Shown here one piece after another: positions 32,280-43,553 of a stretch of DNA of 64,000 bases. Positions within the stretch are counted from its first letter, which is position 1, and each line of letters opens with the position of its first letter. Source of the DNA: Naegleria gruberi (lineage: Eukaryota); assembly GCA_000004985.1 (NCBI GenBank), contig GG738851.1. The stretch is one strand, 5' to 3'. The notes below the pieces were generated by a model. It had not been told where the DNA came from, ran no database searches, and was given only the letters and a program-made list of their open reading frames with translations. A program made the position numbers and the translations under genes.

Positions 32280-33673
32280 TTAATAATCAGAACCTCTACT
32301 CAATACTTCCTTGCAGGTTGGTCTCAAGAAGATGGTATGTTCAAATTGAGCAGTATGACATCCCTTAACATCTACAAATGGTGGATATTCATGAACAATT
32401 CCATTATTAACCAAATCACGAAGAGCAACAAGATATTTCTTTTGACCGGTTCTGTCCAAATATCTACGACAGAATGGAATGGATCCAAAATGATCATTGA
32501 TAACCTTGAGCAACTCTCTGGATTCCTTATTTCTCAACTCAGAGCCATCACCATGGTAGGTGAATTCTCTTCCATAATGAGAGGATACACCTTCTTCAAC
32601 AACATATCCCTTACCAGTAGTACCGAAAGTTTCAATTGCAAAGAATTCATTCTCTTCCATTTTGGTATTGTCTGGAGAAGCAACGATTGGAACTGATTTA
32701 GTTGAATGGACACGATATCTTTCGATTGAGTGTCCACACAAGTTTTCAATACTTTTAACTCTGTGAGTCTTTCCATTAATAGTCTATTAGTATTAGTTCA
32801 ACAAGCAATTAACATTGTAAATATAAATGAATAAGAAAAAATACATACAACTTCATAAGATTCCATTACTTCTTGAATGGCAGCTCCAACATCTCCCAAT
32901 CTAACATCAATGCCAGCTGTTCTGACACCCATGTTTGTTGCTTCCTTGACAGCATCCAATAATGGTTGATATTGATCATTCCAACACATGGTAAATGCAG
33001 AATCAATAATGGTTCCATTTACATGAGTTCCCAAATCAAACTTGATAACATCATCCTTTCCAATAACGGTTTCATCTCCACCATTTGGTGAATAATGAGC
33101 AGCAACATGATTGATGGAACAACCCAATGGAAAAGCAAGTCCACTCTTCTTCTTGTCAGCTTCCAACAATTCTCTAGCCTTTGCTTCATACATTTCAGCT
33201 GCATCAATAACCTTCATTCCAGGTTTAACAACTGAATCCTTGAACCATTTTCTGGCAGTTCTGTGAACCTCAGCTGCATGTCTTGCTTCCTTGAGACGTT
33301 CTTGCAACTTTTCATCTCTTTCTTCAGCACCAGGCTTCAACTCAGAAGGATGAAATCTCTTGGTCTTGTAATCGTATTGTCCCAATTCACAGATTTCTCC
33401 CTCTGGAAACTTTCCGTCCTTATACAAATACTTGATTGGTACAGTTGGTTCAGGTTGAGTTTGTTCAGTTGGCCATACTTTTTGTTTGTTTGGATGATTT
33501 TTAGTTGGTTGAACAGACTTTGAGCTTTCCTTTTCATTCTTCTTGCTCATTTCCATCAAAAACTTCATCTCATCATTGGAATTAATTTTTACATTCTTCT
33601 TCTTGGAAGTGGTTGATCCGCCTCCTCTGGTGGAGAGAGTTTGTGCAGATAGAGTACTCTTCTTGATGGACAT
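32280..33673 (-). CDS. METAP2: Methionine aminopeptidase 2 (MetAP2), 2 exons (33673-32849, 32783-32280)
   Basis: Lys-rich N-terminus and pita-bread fold motifs. GTATGT donor after …ESYEV and AATAG acceptor (65-nt intron) give …[26 protein letters not shown]…. Confidence 0.9.
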
Positions 33674-33991
33674 TTTAATAATAATAATAGTAGTGGTTGG
33701 TGGTTGGTTTTGTAGTAGTTAAACTAGAACAATAATATTAACACAATAGTGCGTGAAAGGAATAAAGTAAAGAGGCTTTTTTTCTTTCAAAGTTTTTGGT
33801 GTTTGGACGTAATCAAAAGAAGATACTGTAATGATAGGTATTGCAAGAAAATTGTGATGTTACTAAAATTTAAGTATTGTGAAATTACAAGGACAAATGT
33901 TTACAGAAGAATCTTGTAATTAAATTTGAATGATTGTGAGAAGTGTTCTAAAGAATCCACAAGGAAGCAAGGAGTTTTGGGGTGAAATAAA

Positions 33992-34112
33992 AAAGACTAC
34001 AGCACCACAGGTTCCCAAGTTGTCTCCAACCTCAGTACTGATGTGGCTCGACGATGCTTAACTTCTCAAATCGGACGGGATGAGGTGCATGAATCGTGAT
34101 ATGGCCGTAGCC
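33992..34112 (-). rRNA. 5S ribosomal RNA (copy 2)
   Basis: Near-identical to copy 1 (one substitution), with the same conserved upstream block and T-run. Confidence 0.9.
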
Positions 34113-34642
34113 AATCAATACCTTATTTTGTGAAATATAAAACGATTTGACCCTCCTTTTCAATAGGATTTTAATGCTTCTAATCTCAATTCAAAGTCAA
34201 TCTGTCAACTCTATATCATCACTGGATCTGATTCATTACATTAGAGAAGAAAGTTTAGAGCTTCATTCTCCACTTCGTAGTGATTGGAACCACTTGCAAT
34301 TCTCTGAAGAATTACTGATAGTTCAATTTCGTAAATATCGAAAGATTTTTTTGGATGGTTCTCTTCATTATACGTGAATATCTACTCAAAGTTATGGTTG
34401 TAATATTGACCAATTGTTTCTAATTCAGATTCCTTTTCTGTAAGATTACTGTAGAAACTGTTGAAAAATGTTACATGAAAATCCGAAGAAAATCAACATT
34501 GTTTGCTATTCCTCCTCTTAATTGGAAGGTCTTGGAACGAATCCCTTTTCACTTGGAAAATAATTCCTTGCATTGACATGTTCAAAAACATTTAAAAGGT
34601 CAACCATGCCAAATTCTAAAGTTTAAAGATTGTTCAAGATCC

Positions 34643-36100
34643 ATGAATTTCTTTAAATTGACATGGATTACACGCAACCTTTTCATTGAAGAAAAAAACA
34701 TGTACTTCTCCAGATGTATCACCAACAAGTTGTTAGTTTCAGCTACAACTTTTTCTGCAACATGCATGGCCATTCTCATGGCTTTGATCATGTTATCATC
34801 AGTAACAACAGCCAATTCGCAAACCTATTCATTCAATAAGGATATGGACTACTTTTCATCGAATTATGTTGAAGCTTATCAAAAGTTTAAACAAGTTTGT
34901 GAAGCAACAGGTGGTTACAAGTACTCAGAGTATGAGCTTCCTTCCATTCTTGGTCTTCAAGGTGAAAAATTGTACATGTCTGCATGCTTCCATGAAGAAC
35001 GTGCCAACATGTTGAAGAATAGTGCTGAATCCAATGTTTTCCTTACCTTCTCAGGTGTACATGGACAAGAGGGATTTGCAGGAAGTCCAATTCAGATTGC
35101 CATGATAAAGAATGACACCAAGTATCAATTCAATCTCCCTGAAAATACCTATCCTATTCACATTCACATGTTAAATCCATATGGAGCCAGTTATGCAACA
35201 AAGGAAAATGAAAACAATGTCGACATGTTGAAGAATTTGAATGAACATTACATTGATGTACCTGGTTGGGAAATTTCAAAGAATGTTTTATTGGAACAAT
35301 TCATTGATAATATGAATATTTCATATATTCACTTGGAATCTGTTCAAGCACAAGCAGTCAACTACTTTAACACCCTATTGGCAAAAGTTGGTCTTCCAGC
35401 ATTCACACAATCATCAGTCCTTGGACAAATTCACAGAAAAATTGGAATTGCCTACGCAGGAACTACAGAAGAATGGACAGCCAAGCAAGTTAAAATCATT
35501 TTGAATCAACTCTTGAAAGGCTACTCCTCCGAATATACCAAGAGTAGAAAGGTTTTATATATTGACTTGCACACTGCTGTTGGTGAGTATGGAAATGTGT
35601 ATGCCATGTTCGATCCTGAATGGATTCCATTCGCTAAACAATACCTCCTCAAGAATGAATACATTCACGACAATTTATTTCCATTTCCGAATGGTAAATA
35701 TTTTGGACATTTCATTAAGGAGTTGGCCCTAATGAGTGGAAGCAAGGCCAATTTAACTATTGTTCCAACTGCTTGGGAAATTGGTACATTCCCACAAGAT
35801 GCCTATCAAAATTACTTTTTATTTCAATTGAATTGTAGATTCTATCAAAATATAACTGATAGAAATCCAAACTTTTGTCCATTTGTGAATTCCAAAGTTG
35901 GTGAATATTTCTATCCTCAAGATGACAATTGGAAGTCTTGGGCCTTTGGAAATTTGACAATTGCAATGAGAAGTTCAATGAATGGAATGAATCAATGGAT
36001 TTTGGAAGAAAAGTGGAGAGTTGCAAGTTTGGCAAATTGTAATATTATGCAATCATTCATGGTTATTGTAATGATTATTTGTTTGATTGTTTTATTGTAA
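34643..36100 (+). CDS. Succinylglutamate desuccinylase/aspartoacylase (AstE/AspA, M14-like) family zinc hydrolase, membrane-anchored/secreted
   Basis: HGxE motif (FSGVHGQEGF) and downstream DLH (LYIDLHTAVGEYG). N-terminal hydrophobic segment and C-terminal hydrophobic tail. Confidence 0.55.
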   Translation: MNFFKLTWITRNLFIEEKNMYFSRCITNKLLVSATTFSATCMAILMALIMLSSVTTANSQTYSFNKDMDYFSSNYVEAYQKFKQVCEATGGYKYSEYELPSILGLQGEKLYMSACFHEERANMLKNSAESNVFLTFSGVHGQEGFAGSPIQIAMIKNDTKYQFNLPENTYPIHIHMLNPYGASYATKENENNVDMLKNLNEHYIDVPGWEISKNVLLEQFIDNMNISYIHLESVQAQAVNYFNTLLAKVGLPAFTQSSVLGQIHRKIGIAYAGTTEEWTAKQVKIILNQLLKGYSSEYTKSRKVLYIDLHTAVGEYGNVYAMFDPEWIPFAKQYLLKNEYIHDNLFPFPNGKYFGHFIKELALMSGSKANLTIVPTAWEIGTFPQDAYQNYFLFQLNCRFYQNITDRNPNFCPFVNSKVGEYFYPQDDNWKSWAFGNLTIAMRSSMNGMNQWILEEKWRVASLANCNIMQSFMVIVMIICLIVLL

Positions 36101-36736
36101 ACATTTTAATAAATAATTTGTTGAATTGGATTGATAATTGATATTATATTAATGGAACAATTGTGAAAGATTTGAGTGGGTCTGCAATGTTTTTAAATTA
36201 TTTGGTGGAGGAAAGAATTGGTGGAAAAATAGAGTAACAGAGGAAGTGTAAAGATACATCGATGTTTTAAGGTCAGAAGACATGATACTTTTACAATAGT
36301 TGGTAAATATTGGACATAATCTATTCTGACAAGTTCTATTTAAATAACTCTTCAAGTATTGAAATTACAGTTGATTCCTGGGTGTTACAAAATTTAGCTT
36401 GAATTAACGAGTCTGAAACTATAGGGTTCCATATCGCTATCCTGAACTGAGGGATAATTGAATACATAAAATTCTTCAATCTGAATTGCGATTAGGATCC
36501 TGTCAATGGTTGTTGTTCCAACTCCTCTTTCAATAATGATCATAATTCTGCTCGTTTAAATATGAGCACAAATCAACTAGAATCATGCGCGCAGAATTAA
36601 AAGTATAAATTTTAGGTTTAAATTTTATGGATTTGAAACACAACTCTAATTCCAAACACAAAAAAACAAATTCACAACTAGTTTTTGAATTTAATTCTAT
36701 CTGCACTAACAGTTTACAATCGTAATACAGTACAAT

Positions 36737-37848
36737 ATGAAATACGTCAATTTGGGTGAAAGTGGTTTAAAAGTTTCTCAACTTTGCTTGGGTTGCATGA
36801 GTTTTGGATCTTCCAAGTGGATTCCTTGGGTTTTGGAAGAAGAGGAATCATTGAGAATATTGAAGAAGGCATGGGATTTGGGCATCAACTTTTTCGACAC
36901 TGCCAATATTTACAGCAATGGAGAAAGTGAAAGAATTTTAGGCAAGTTCATTAAGGAATTCAACATTTCAAGAGAGGAAATTGTGGTTGCTACCAAAGTT
37001 TGTGGACCATTGGATCATTCTGGTGAACAAAAACTCATTATGAATAGTAATCAAGGTAAACCAAATACTATGGGTCTTTCCAGAAAGCACATTATGCATG
37101 CAGTTGAGGATTCATTGCAAAGATTGGGTCTTGATTGTAAGTTTTACTTTCTTCTTGTGATTTTAAATGAAAAATTTAAATAGACATTGATTTGTACATT
37201 ATCCATCGTTGGGATGAACAAACACCAATTGAAGAAACTATGGAAGCTCTCCATGATTTGGTTAAATCTGGAAAGGTCAGATACATTGGTGCCTCTACTA
37301 TGTTTGCTTGGCAATTTTCCAAAGCTCAACATTATGCTGAGAAGAAGGGATTGACTAAATTCATTTCCATGCAAAATCTGTACAATCTCATCTATAGAGA
37401 AGAGGAGAGAGAAATGAATCCATTGTGTGTTGATCAAGGTGTTTCACTCACACCTTGGGGACCTCTTTCTAATGGAATGTTAGCTCGTGCTCATGAATTT
37501 GTCAATGCTGAGGAGAAGGCAATTGAAACTACTGAAAATAATTCCAAGAGACAAAATACTGATATTGTTCAAACCATATTTAAGGGCAATTTGACTGAAG
37601 GTGATAAGGAAACTTTGAGAAAAGTTTCTGAAATTGCCAAGAAGAGAAACGTTTCTCCAGCTCAAATTGCACTTGCTTGGTTACTTTCCAAACCTGGAGT
37701 TGTAAGTCCAGTAATTGGTGCAACAAAGGCCATTAATGTTGAGCTCAATGTTCAAGCACTGGAAATTGAATTGACTGAAGAGGAGAAGAAGATTTTAGAA
37801 GGAGCCTACTCTGCAAAGGAAATTCAAGGAATGTTCAAATTAAATTAA
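36737..37848 (+). CDS. Aldo-keto reductase (Kv-beta/YajO-like), 2 exons (36737-37136, 37184-37848)
   Basis: AKR N-terminus MKYVNLGESGLKVSQLCLGCMSFG. GTAAGT donor and AATAG acceptor (47-nt intron) join …LQRLGLD|YIDLYIIHRWD…. Confidence 0.85.
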
Positions 37849-38236
37849 TGTGACACCAATTCTTGCTTAAAAGAATTTTTTAAGACATGTTTCTTAGTGT
37901 CATCAATAAATTTTCAACAAAGTTATTGGATTTAACACATTTAGATTATTAATTTGTGGCTATTCTTTTTAGTTTAATGGACGGGAAGCCTGTCAGGAAT
38001 ATAACGACAATCCCGCTACAGTCTTTGACTGTATGAACAGTGAAGGCAACGAAGACAGAATCTTGTTGGTTCAGGTTTTGTTTGAAGAAATTGTTAAGGT
38101 TGATAAAACCTCATATTTATTAAACTTTTGCCATGTTGAATTGCAGGATACAAATTTTGGTTTCTCATATTCTGATCAATTCGAAATTGAAACTTCATAT
38201 ATTTACAATTTACTGAATTATTTACAAGTTGCAATT

Positions 38237-38530
38237 TTACATCTTTTTCGATTTGGTAATCTTCTTAGTTGTGGTGTTTGATTGTTTAGCTCTCTTTTCA
38301 ATTGAATTTTTCGAAGATCTTTTAACTGAAATTTGTTTACCATTTAAATTTGCATGATGATAATCAATATTATTACGATGTCTTGTTCCACTTATAATAT
38401 TAGATGTATCAATATCAAATAATGGTAATCTTTTAGATAAATCAATTGGTTTAGATCTTGTCCATTCTGTTTTTGTTGGAATTCTATCTTCGGAAGATGA
38501 AGTATTTGATGAAGTATTTCTAGCTGGCAT
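38237..38530 (-). CDS. Small orphan Ser/Asn-rich basic protein, family member A (MPARNTSSNTSS…)
   Basis: 97-aa ORF. Paralogs at 63546-63761 and 63964-64000 share the GTR(H/R)RN(N/L)IDY motif and the promoter. Confidence 0.45.
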   Translation of the reverse strand: MPARNTSSNTSSSEDRIPTKTEWTRSKPIDLSKRLPLFDIDTSNIISGTRHRNNIDYHHANLNGKQISVKRSSKNSIEKRAKQSNTTTKKITKSKKM

Positions 38531-38833
38531 TTTGCTCTTAGTTTTTGTTATTTAGTTATTTTGTTTTGTTGTGGAAATTTCATCATCCGAGCTAACAGTT
38601 ATCTATTTATTTCCATGATGATTTCCACTAATTTTGTGATTCCGATTTTTAGTGGATCTTCCACTCATCACAAGAATTTTTCTATTAATATTTTGATGAA
38701 AGGAAATTTAATGAAAATCAACAAACAAAAGAAAATAACAAGCAAAACTTCTAAATCAATCACAGAATTCTTTAGAAATGAGAAACAAACAATTCAAAAT
38801 GTGGTAATCTCCATAAAACTCAAAATTTTGTAA
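38480..38833. repeat. Inverted segmental duplication, copy 1 (promoter + 5' ends of a divergent gene pair); partner at 63523-64000
   Basis: Reverse complement of 38480-38720 aligns to 63790-64000, and of 38721-38833 to 63523-63640, at about 85-90% identity by eye. About 150 bp present at 63641-63789 is absent here. Confidence 0.7.
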
Positions 38834-39531
38834 ACCTAAGCAATCATTGTAAATAAAACCAAAATGTAAATATTCAGTAAAGTACACAGTTGAATTGTTT
38901 TGACCTATTTTCTTTATTTTCTTCTGAACTGCTGATTCAATTCGCATCCTGCATAAATTTCAAAGTAATTATATCAATTCTGTGTTTGCCCTCCTTCTCA
39001 ATTTTTTCCTGTGAGGGATCATCTGGTATGATTTCTAGCTCTGTTAAATAATAGAACAACTCCTTTTTCTCAAAAACAACAAACCTTTTCGGATGTTTCA
39101 CTTTGTGTCCATTAATTAATCCAACATACTCATAAAATGTAATAAAGAAATTGGTGATTAGTTCTGTAAGAAAAAAAGGGTGTGTCAGATCTGTGGTGGC
39201 AGAACCGTCAGAAATCGGCCCACAGACTTGCTCACAGCCCCGATCATTTGAAGTAGTGGTATTTCAAGTATGCCTGTTGGCTCTCACCTATGCTACACCT
39301 TCAACGAACACGGTTTGGTTGCAGTGTAATCCCTCAATTGGTTCTGCCAATGACAATGAATTGTCTGCAAACTCTAGATGGTTTGAAAATGTCTGATATG
39401 GTTGTGGTTGAGAGATAATTGATATTTAAAACTCCATCTCAGGATTGACATCTTCACATCCATTTTCTCATTTCTAAAATTCCTTTGCCCACTTGTTTAA
39501 GTCAAGTAAAGACAAAATACCAAAAAGATAA

Positions 39532-39652
39532 AAAGACTACAGCACCACAGGTTCCCAAGTTGTCTCCAACCTCAGTACTGATGTGGCTCGACGATGCTTA
39601 ACTTCTCAAATCGGACGGGATGAGGTGCATTCATCGTGATATGGCCGTAGCC
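39532..39652 (-). rRNA. 5S ribosomal RNA (copy 3)
   Basis: Same as copies 1 and 2 except for a local TTC to GAA change (…CACGATGAATGCACC…). Conserved upstream block and T-run terminator. Confidence 0.85.
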
Positions 39653-39813
39653 ATTCACTTTCTTAATTTTCGAAATACAAACCGGTTTGATCCTCAATCA
39701 AATATTTGTAATCAAATTCTTTGCACTTCAGTTGCAACATCTTAATAATTCTTTGTTTTTATAAAAATACAAGTATTGTTCATTAAATAATTGTTTAGGG
39801 AATAGTACAATAA

Positions 39814-41292
39814 TTAATTTCTGGAATAGTCAAAATCGTCAAAGTTTTGATTTTCTTCCTTATCAATAACTTCGGCAAATGAATCAACAGCACGTTCAGA
39901 TGTGAATTCTTCATCAAAGTATTTGATATCATCTCCATCTCTGAGTTGTGGTCTGAATGGAGGTTCCAATTGTCGTTGATATAATTGTTCCCAATCAATA
40001 TTTGAGAAGAATGGATGTGATTTGATTTCTTGAGCATCAGTTGGACCACCTCCCAAACGTTTGAATTCTTCTCTTTCCAAGAGACCTCTCAGTAAGGATT
40101 GTGCATCAGGTGGAATGAATTGTGGGAATTTGAGTGGAGCCTTCAAAATTAATTCGTACATTTCATTGATGTTTTCAGAGTAGAATGGTGGCAAACCAAC
40201 CATCATTTCGTATAATAAGATACCTAAACTCCACCAATCGACTGCCTTAGCGTGACCTTGTCCCTTGAGGATTTCTGGAGCCAAATATTCAGGAGTACTA
40301 AACATTTATAATTAGAAAAAATTTAAAAGATTGATTACATACCCACAGAATGTATAAGTTGGAGTAGCATTAGAAATGGATGTCTTGGCCAAACCAAAAT
40401 CTGTCAAGACAACATAACCATCTGAATCCAAAACAACATTTTCTGGTTTCAAATCTCTGTAAATAATATCATTCTTGTGCAAGTGTTCAATGGCCAAAAC
40501 AATTTGAGCAGCATAGAACTTGGCACGTTCAACGTCAAATTTGGTTTCTTCTTTCAAGTGGAAGAACAATTCACCACCTGGCAAGAATTGAAGAACTAGA
40601 TAGAGTTTTTCATCTGTTTGGAATGCATAGTACAATTTGACAATGAATGGATGGTTAATTTCTTGGAGAATTTGCTTTTCAGCCTTTCTATATATGGTGT
40701 AAAAGAGGTGTAAGGTCAATTAGAAAATTGTAAATATTTGGAAATATTAAAATACGTACGTGTGAGAAACCATGTTTTCTTTAACAATCATATCCTTACG
40801 CAAAACCTTCATGGCGAAAATTTCTGTAGTATTCTTTCTTCTAACTTTCATAACTTTTCCGAAACTGCCTCTACCAACGACGGCAATCAATTCAAAATCA
40901 TCCAAAGTGACCTTCTTTGCTTCAGCACTATTTCCACTTGAAACCAACAATGTACTACTCGAAGTATCATTTTTCATTTCCATCTTGGTTTGTTCTAAAC
41001 CCTTTTTATCATTCTTTGGCTTATAGTCAATAGCTCTTTGTAATTCATCCATCCACTTTTTATAATCAAGTTCAGATTCACAAATCAATTCATAGACACG
41101 TGAAAGATTTGGACCACTCAATTTCAATCCGAGTGACTTGTTTCCATCCTTTTCAACTTTGGCATTTGTCAGGACAATGACACCTGTTGGACGCTTATCT
41201 GTATTCTTTTTGTAATAGTACAAGTGTTTACCTCTCAATTCAAACCATCTACGACGGTGAGCAAGAGTATTAAATCCACCTCTCTTTCTCAT
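39814..41292 (-). CDS. PH-domain AGC kinase (PKB/Akt-like), 3 exons (41292-40760, 40687-40343, 40297-39814)
   Basis: N-terminal PH domain (…[17 protein letters not shown]…). GTACGT donor and ATATAG acceptor (72 nt) join …MVSHT|[20 protein letters not shown] donor and TTTAG acceptor (45 nt) join …TFCG|[12 protein letters not shown]-terminal tail FDEEFT. Confidence 0.85.
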
Positions 41293-42330
41293 ATAACCTG
41301 AAAAATCTGGTTGTTCAAATGACTATATGATAGTTATTTTGTTATTATTAATTTGATGTATGTAGCAATCATTCACCATTAGTAGGATAAATTCATCAAT
41401 GGTATTACATTAATTATTATTATAATAATATTATTGTTCATAATTATTATTCAAATAGTAAAGTCAACCGATCAAATCACAAAAACCGAACCGTATTATC
41501 AAATAATAGCAAGAAACAAGAATTGGGTGTGATTATCATCATCATAGGGGAGAGAGAAGAAAACATTCAGTATTACAGTTGGTGTGTTTTTTGTTCAAAG
41601 TAAAATTTAAAAAAGAGCGCGGCAAGTTTTATACAGCAAGCAGGATAACAAGCAATTACGGTATATCATCATATCATTATCAAAAGAATCACATGAATGT
41701 CGCAACAATATATATATTATCAAACAATTGTCTCTGTGTTATTATACTACTATTATTGACTAGTAAAAATACGTACGTCCATCATTTTCTCTGTTTTTTT
41801 GTGTTGGGTGATTTGGTTATAATGTTACTTGTGTTGTTGCTGGTCGAGGAAGAAGTGAGGGAGCAATATTGTGAAATGCGCAGCAGTTTAGCTGTTGTTG
41901 ATTTTGGTTAACACAATGAACTCGTTTTTTTGCAATATATAAAATTGTGATAATTGACAGACAGTTGTTGCATGTCTTGCGGCAAAAGCAAATCAGGTCA
42001 CACAAAAGAGCTTGCCATCAACGTTGAATGACTACTACTATTGTAATGGAAATGTTGTTTGGTTACGAATCACTTGATCTTTGTAAACAGGTCGAAAATG
42101 GTCATCAGATGAAAACAAAACAACATTAAGTGTTCTGAAAGTTTTGATAAAAGTTTAGTTCTGATATTTTCAAAGCAATTCCAATAGAAATTGAACACTT
42201 TATCCAGTGCCATTTGCTCAATGGTACAAGGTTTGATGCAAGTGAGTGAACTACTTCCTTTGAACTTGGCAGAACATTTTTGAATATCCAAAATTTTTGA
42301 AAGGAAAGATCTGTAAATCAAGTTAAAAAA

Positions 42331-43146
42331 ATGGTGTTTCGTCTCTTCTCAAAGATTAGAACAGTTGATGCTAATGATGACCTTTCAACTGTTTCAGAAC
42401 AACACAAAGAAGAATCTAACGTTACAGTGGGGGTAGTTTCCGATACAGTTTCACCATTAAAAAATACGAAACATTCTCTCAAAATAGTAGACAAATTAAA
42501 TAGGGACGAATTATTAATTGTTGGATGTTTTCTAAATACTTCCGAGCTAGCAAATCTTGCTTCATGTAATCAACAATTACTGGAATTATTCTTTAATTTG
42601 ACAATTGACAAGGTCAATTTAATAGCAAAGAGGAAAAAAAAATTCTCAAGTATGAACATGGATTCAAGAATTGTTTCAATCAAGGATGTGTACCAAGAGA
42701 ATGATGAATTATTCTCAACAACTCAAACAATAATTTGGAAACCACTTGTTCTACATTATTTTCCAAGTTATTCGAAATCTCTGAATGTGAAAAATTGGAT
42801 GCACGTATTAAGGAGAAGATTCACACACCTTCAGATACACATGCCAAGATCCAAAAACCAAAACCAAATTCAAATAATTGACAGTAGTGATAAATACAAA
42901 AGGGAATTCGTTGAAGGTTGCGAATGGGAATACGAATGTCCACTCAAAATCACCTCAATGACTTACATTTCCGAGGAAAAGGTATTTTGCAATGTCTGTA
43001 AGGAGAATATTTACAAAGTTCACAATCAAACCGATTTGAAGTATCACACCGAACAAGGACATTGTGTCATTCTAACTGAAAAAAAACATGTTAAAATTGG
43101 AAAGACATATAATCCTGATTATCATGAACTTCCTGCTGTTCGTTAA
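42331..43146 (+). CDS. F-box-like protein with C-terminal Cys/His-rich region
   Basis: F-box-like LNRDELLIVGCFLNTSELANLASCNQQLL. C-terminal CEWEYECP…CNVCKEN…H…H. Confidence 0.45.
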   Translation: MVFRLFSKIRTVDANDDLSTVSEQHKEESNVTVGVVSDTVSPLKNTKHSLKIVDKLNRDELLIVGCFLNTSELANLASCNQQLLELFFNLTIDKVNLIAKRKKKFSSMNMDSRIVSIKDVYQENDELFSTTQTIIWKPLVLHYFPSYSKSLNVKNWMHVLRRRFTHLQIHMPRSKNQNQIQIIDSSDKYKREFVEGCEWEYECPLKITSMTYISEEKVFCNVCKENIYKVHNQTDLKYHTEQGHCVILTEKKHVKIGKTYNPDYHELPAVR

Positions 43147-43553
43147 CTCTCTGTACAATTGGACTCGAATTTTCTTGTTATTGTAACAATGGATGATAAA
43201 ACTCAAGACACATCTCCAATGATGTCTCTCCAAACCAGTATTCCTGTTAATGAAATTCATCATTAGTGGAAACATATTTTTTTCCTTCTCTCTTAACCCT
43301 TATTTAATAATAAGTTCAATGCTTAAAAAAATGGATGTAGAATACGTCCTGTGTGCTGCACAAAGTTATCGAAATGGATGCAAAGATAGAGACAATTATG
43401 GAAGACATTAAAACATTGAAATATCCGAAAGAAATGTGATTGTGATTGTTTGGGTTGCAAGGATTTTTGAATGATTCTGAGAATACTTGCATAACAATTA
43501 TATTCCTTAATTAATTTAAAATAAATTATTTTTGAATAAAGAGAGACTGAGAT

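Noticed and set aside
38561-38833. ORF 38561..38833 (+) and ORF 63780..63962 (-) encode similar peptides (…ISMMISTNFVIPIF…NILMKGNLMKIN…).
   Set aside because: The amino-acid similarity is a by-product of about 90% nucleotide identity in a duplicated promoter region. The ORFs run through what is most likely non-coding promoter DNA, and in one case fuse across a deletion into a gene remnant.
41300-41480. AT-only low-complexity run (ATTATTATAATAATATTATTGTTCATAATTATTATTC…) upstream of the PKB gene.
   Set aside because: Simple AT-rich low-complexity sequence typical of intergenic DNA in this genome. No unit periodicity or terminal repeats.
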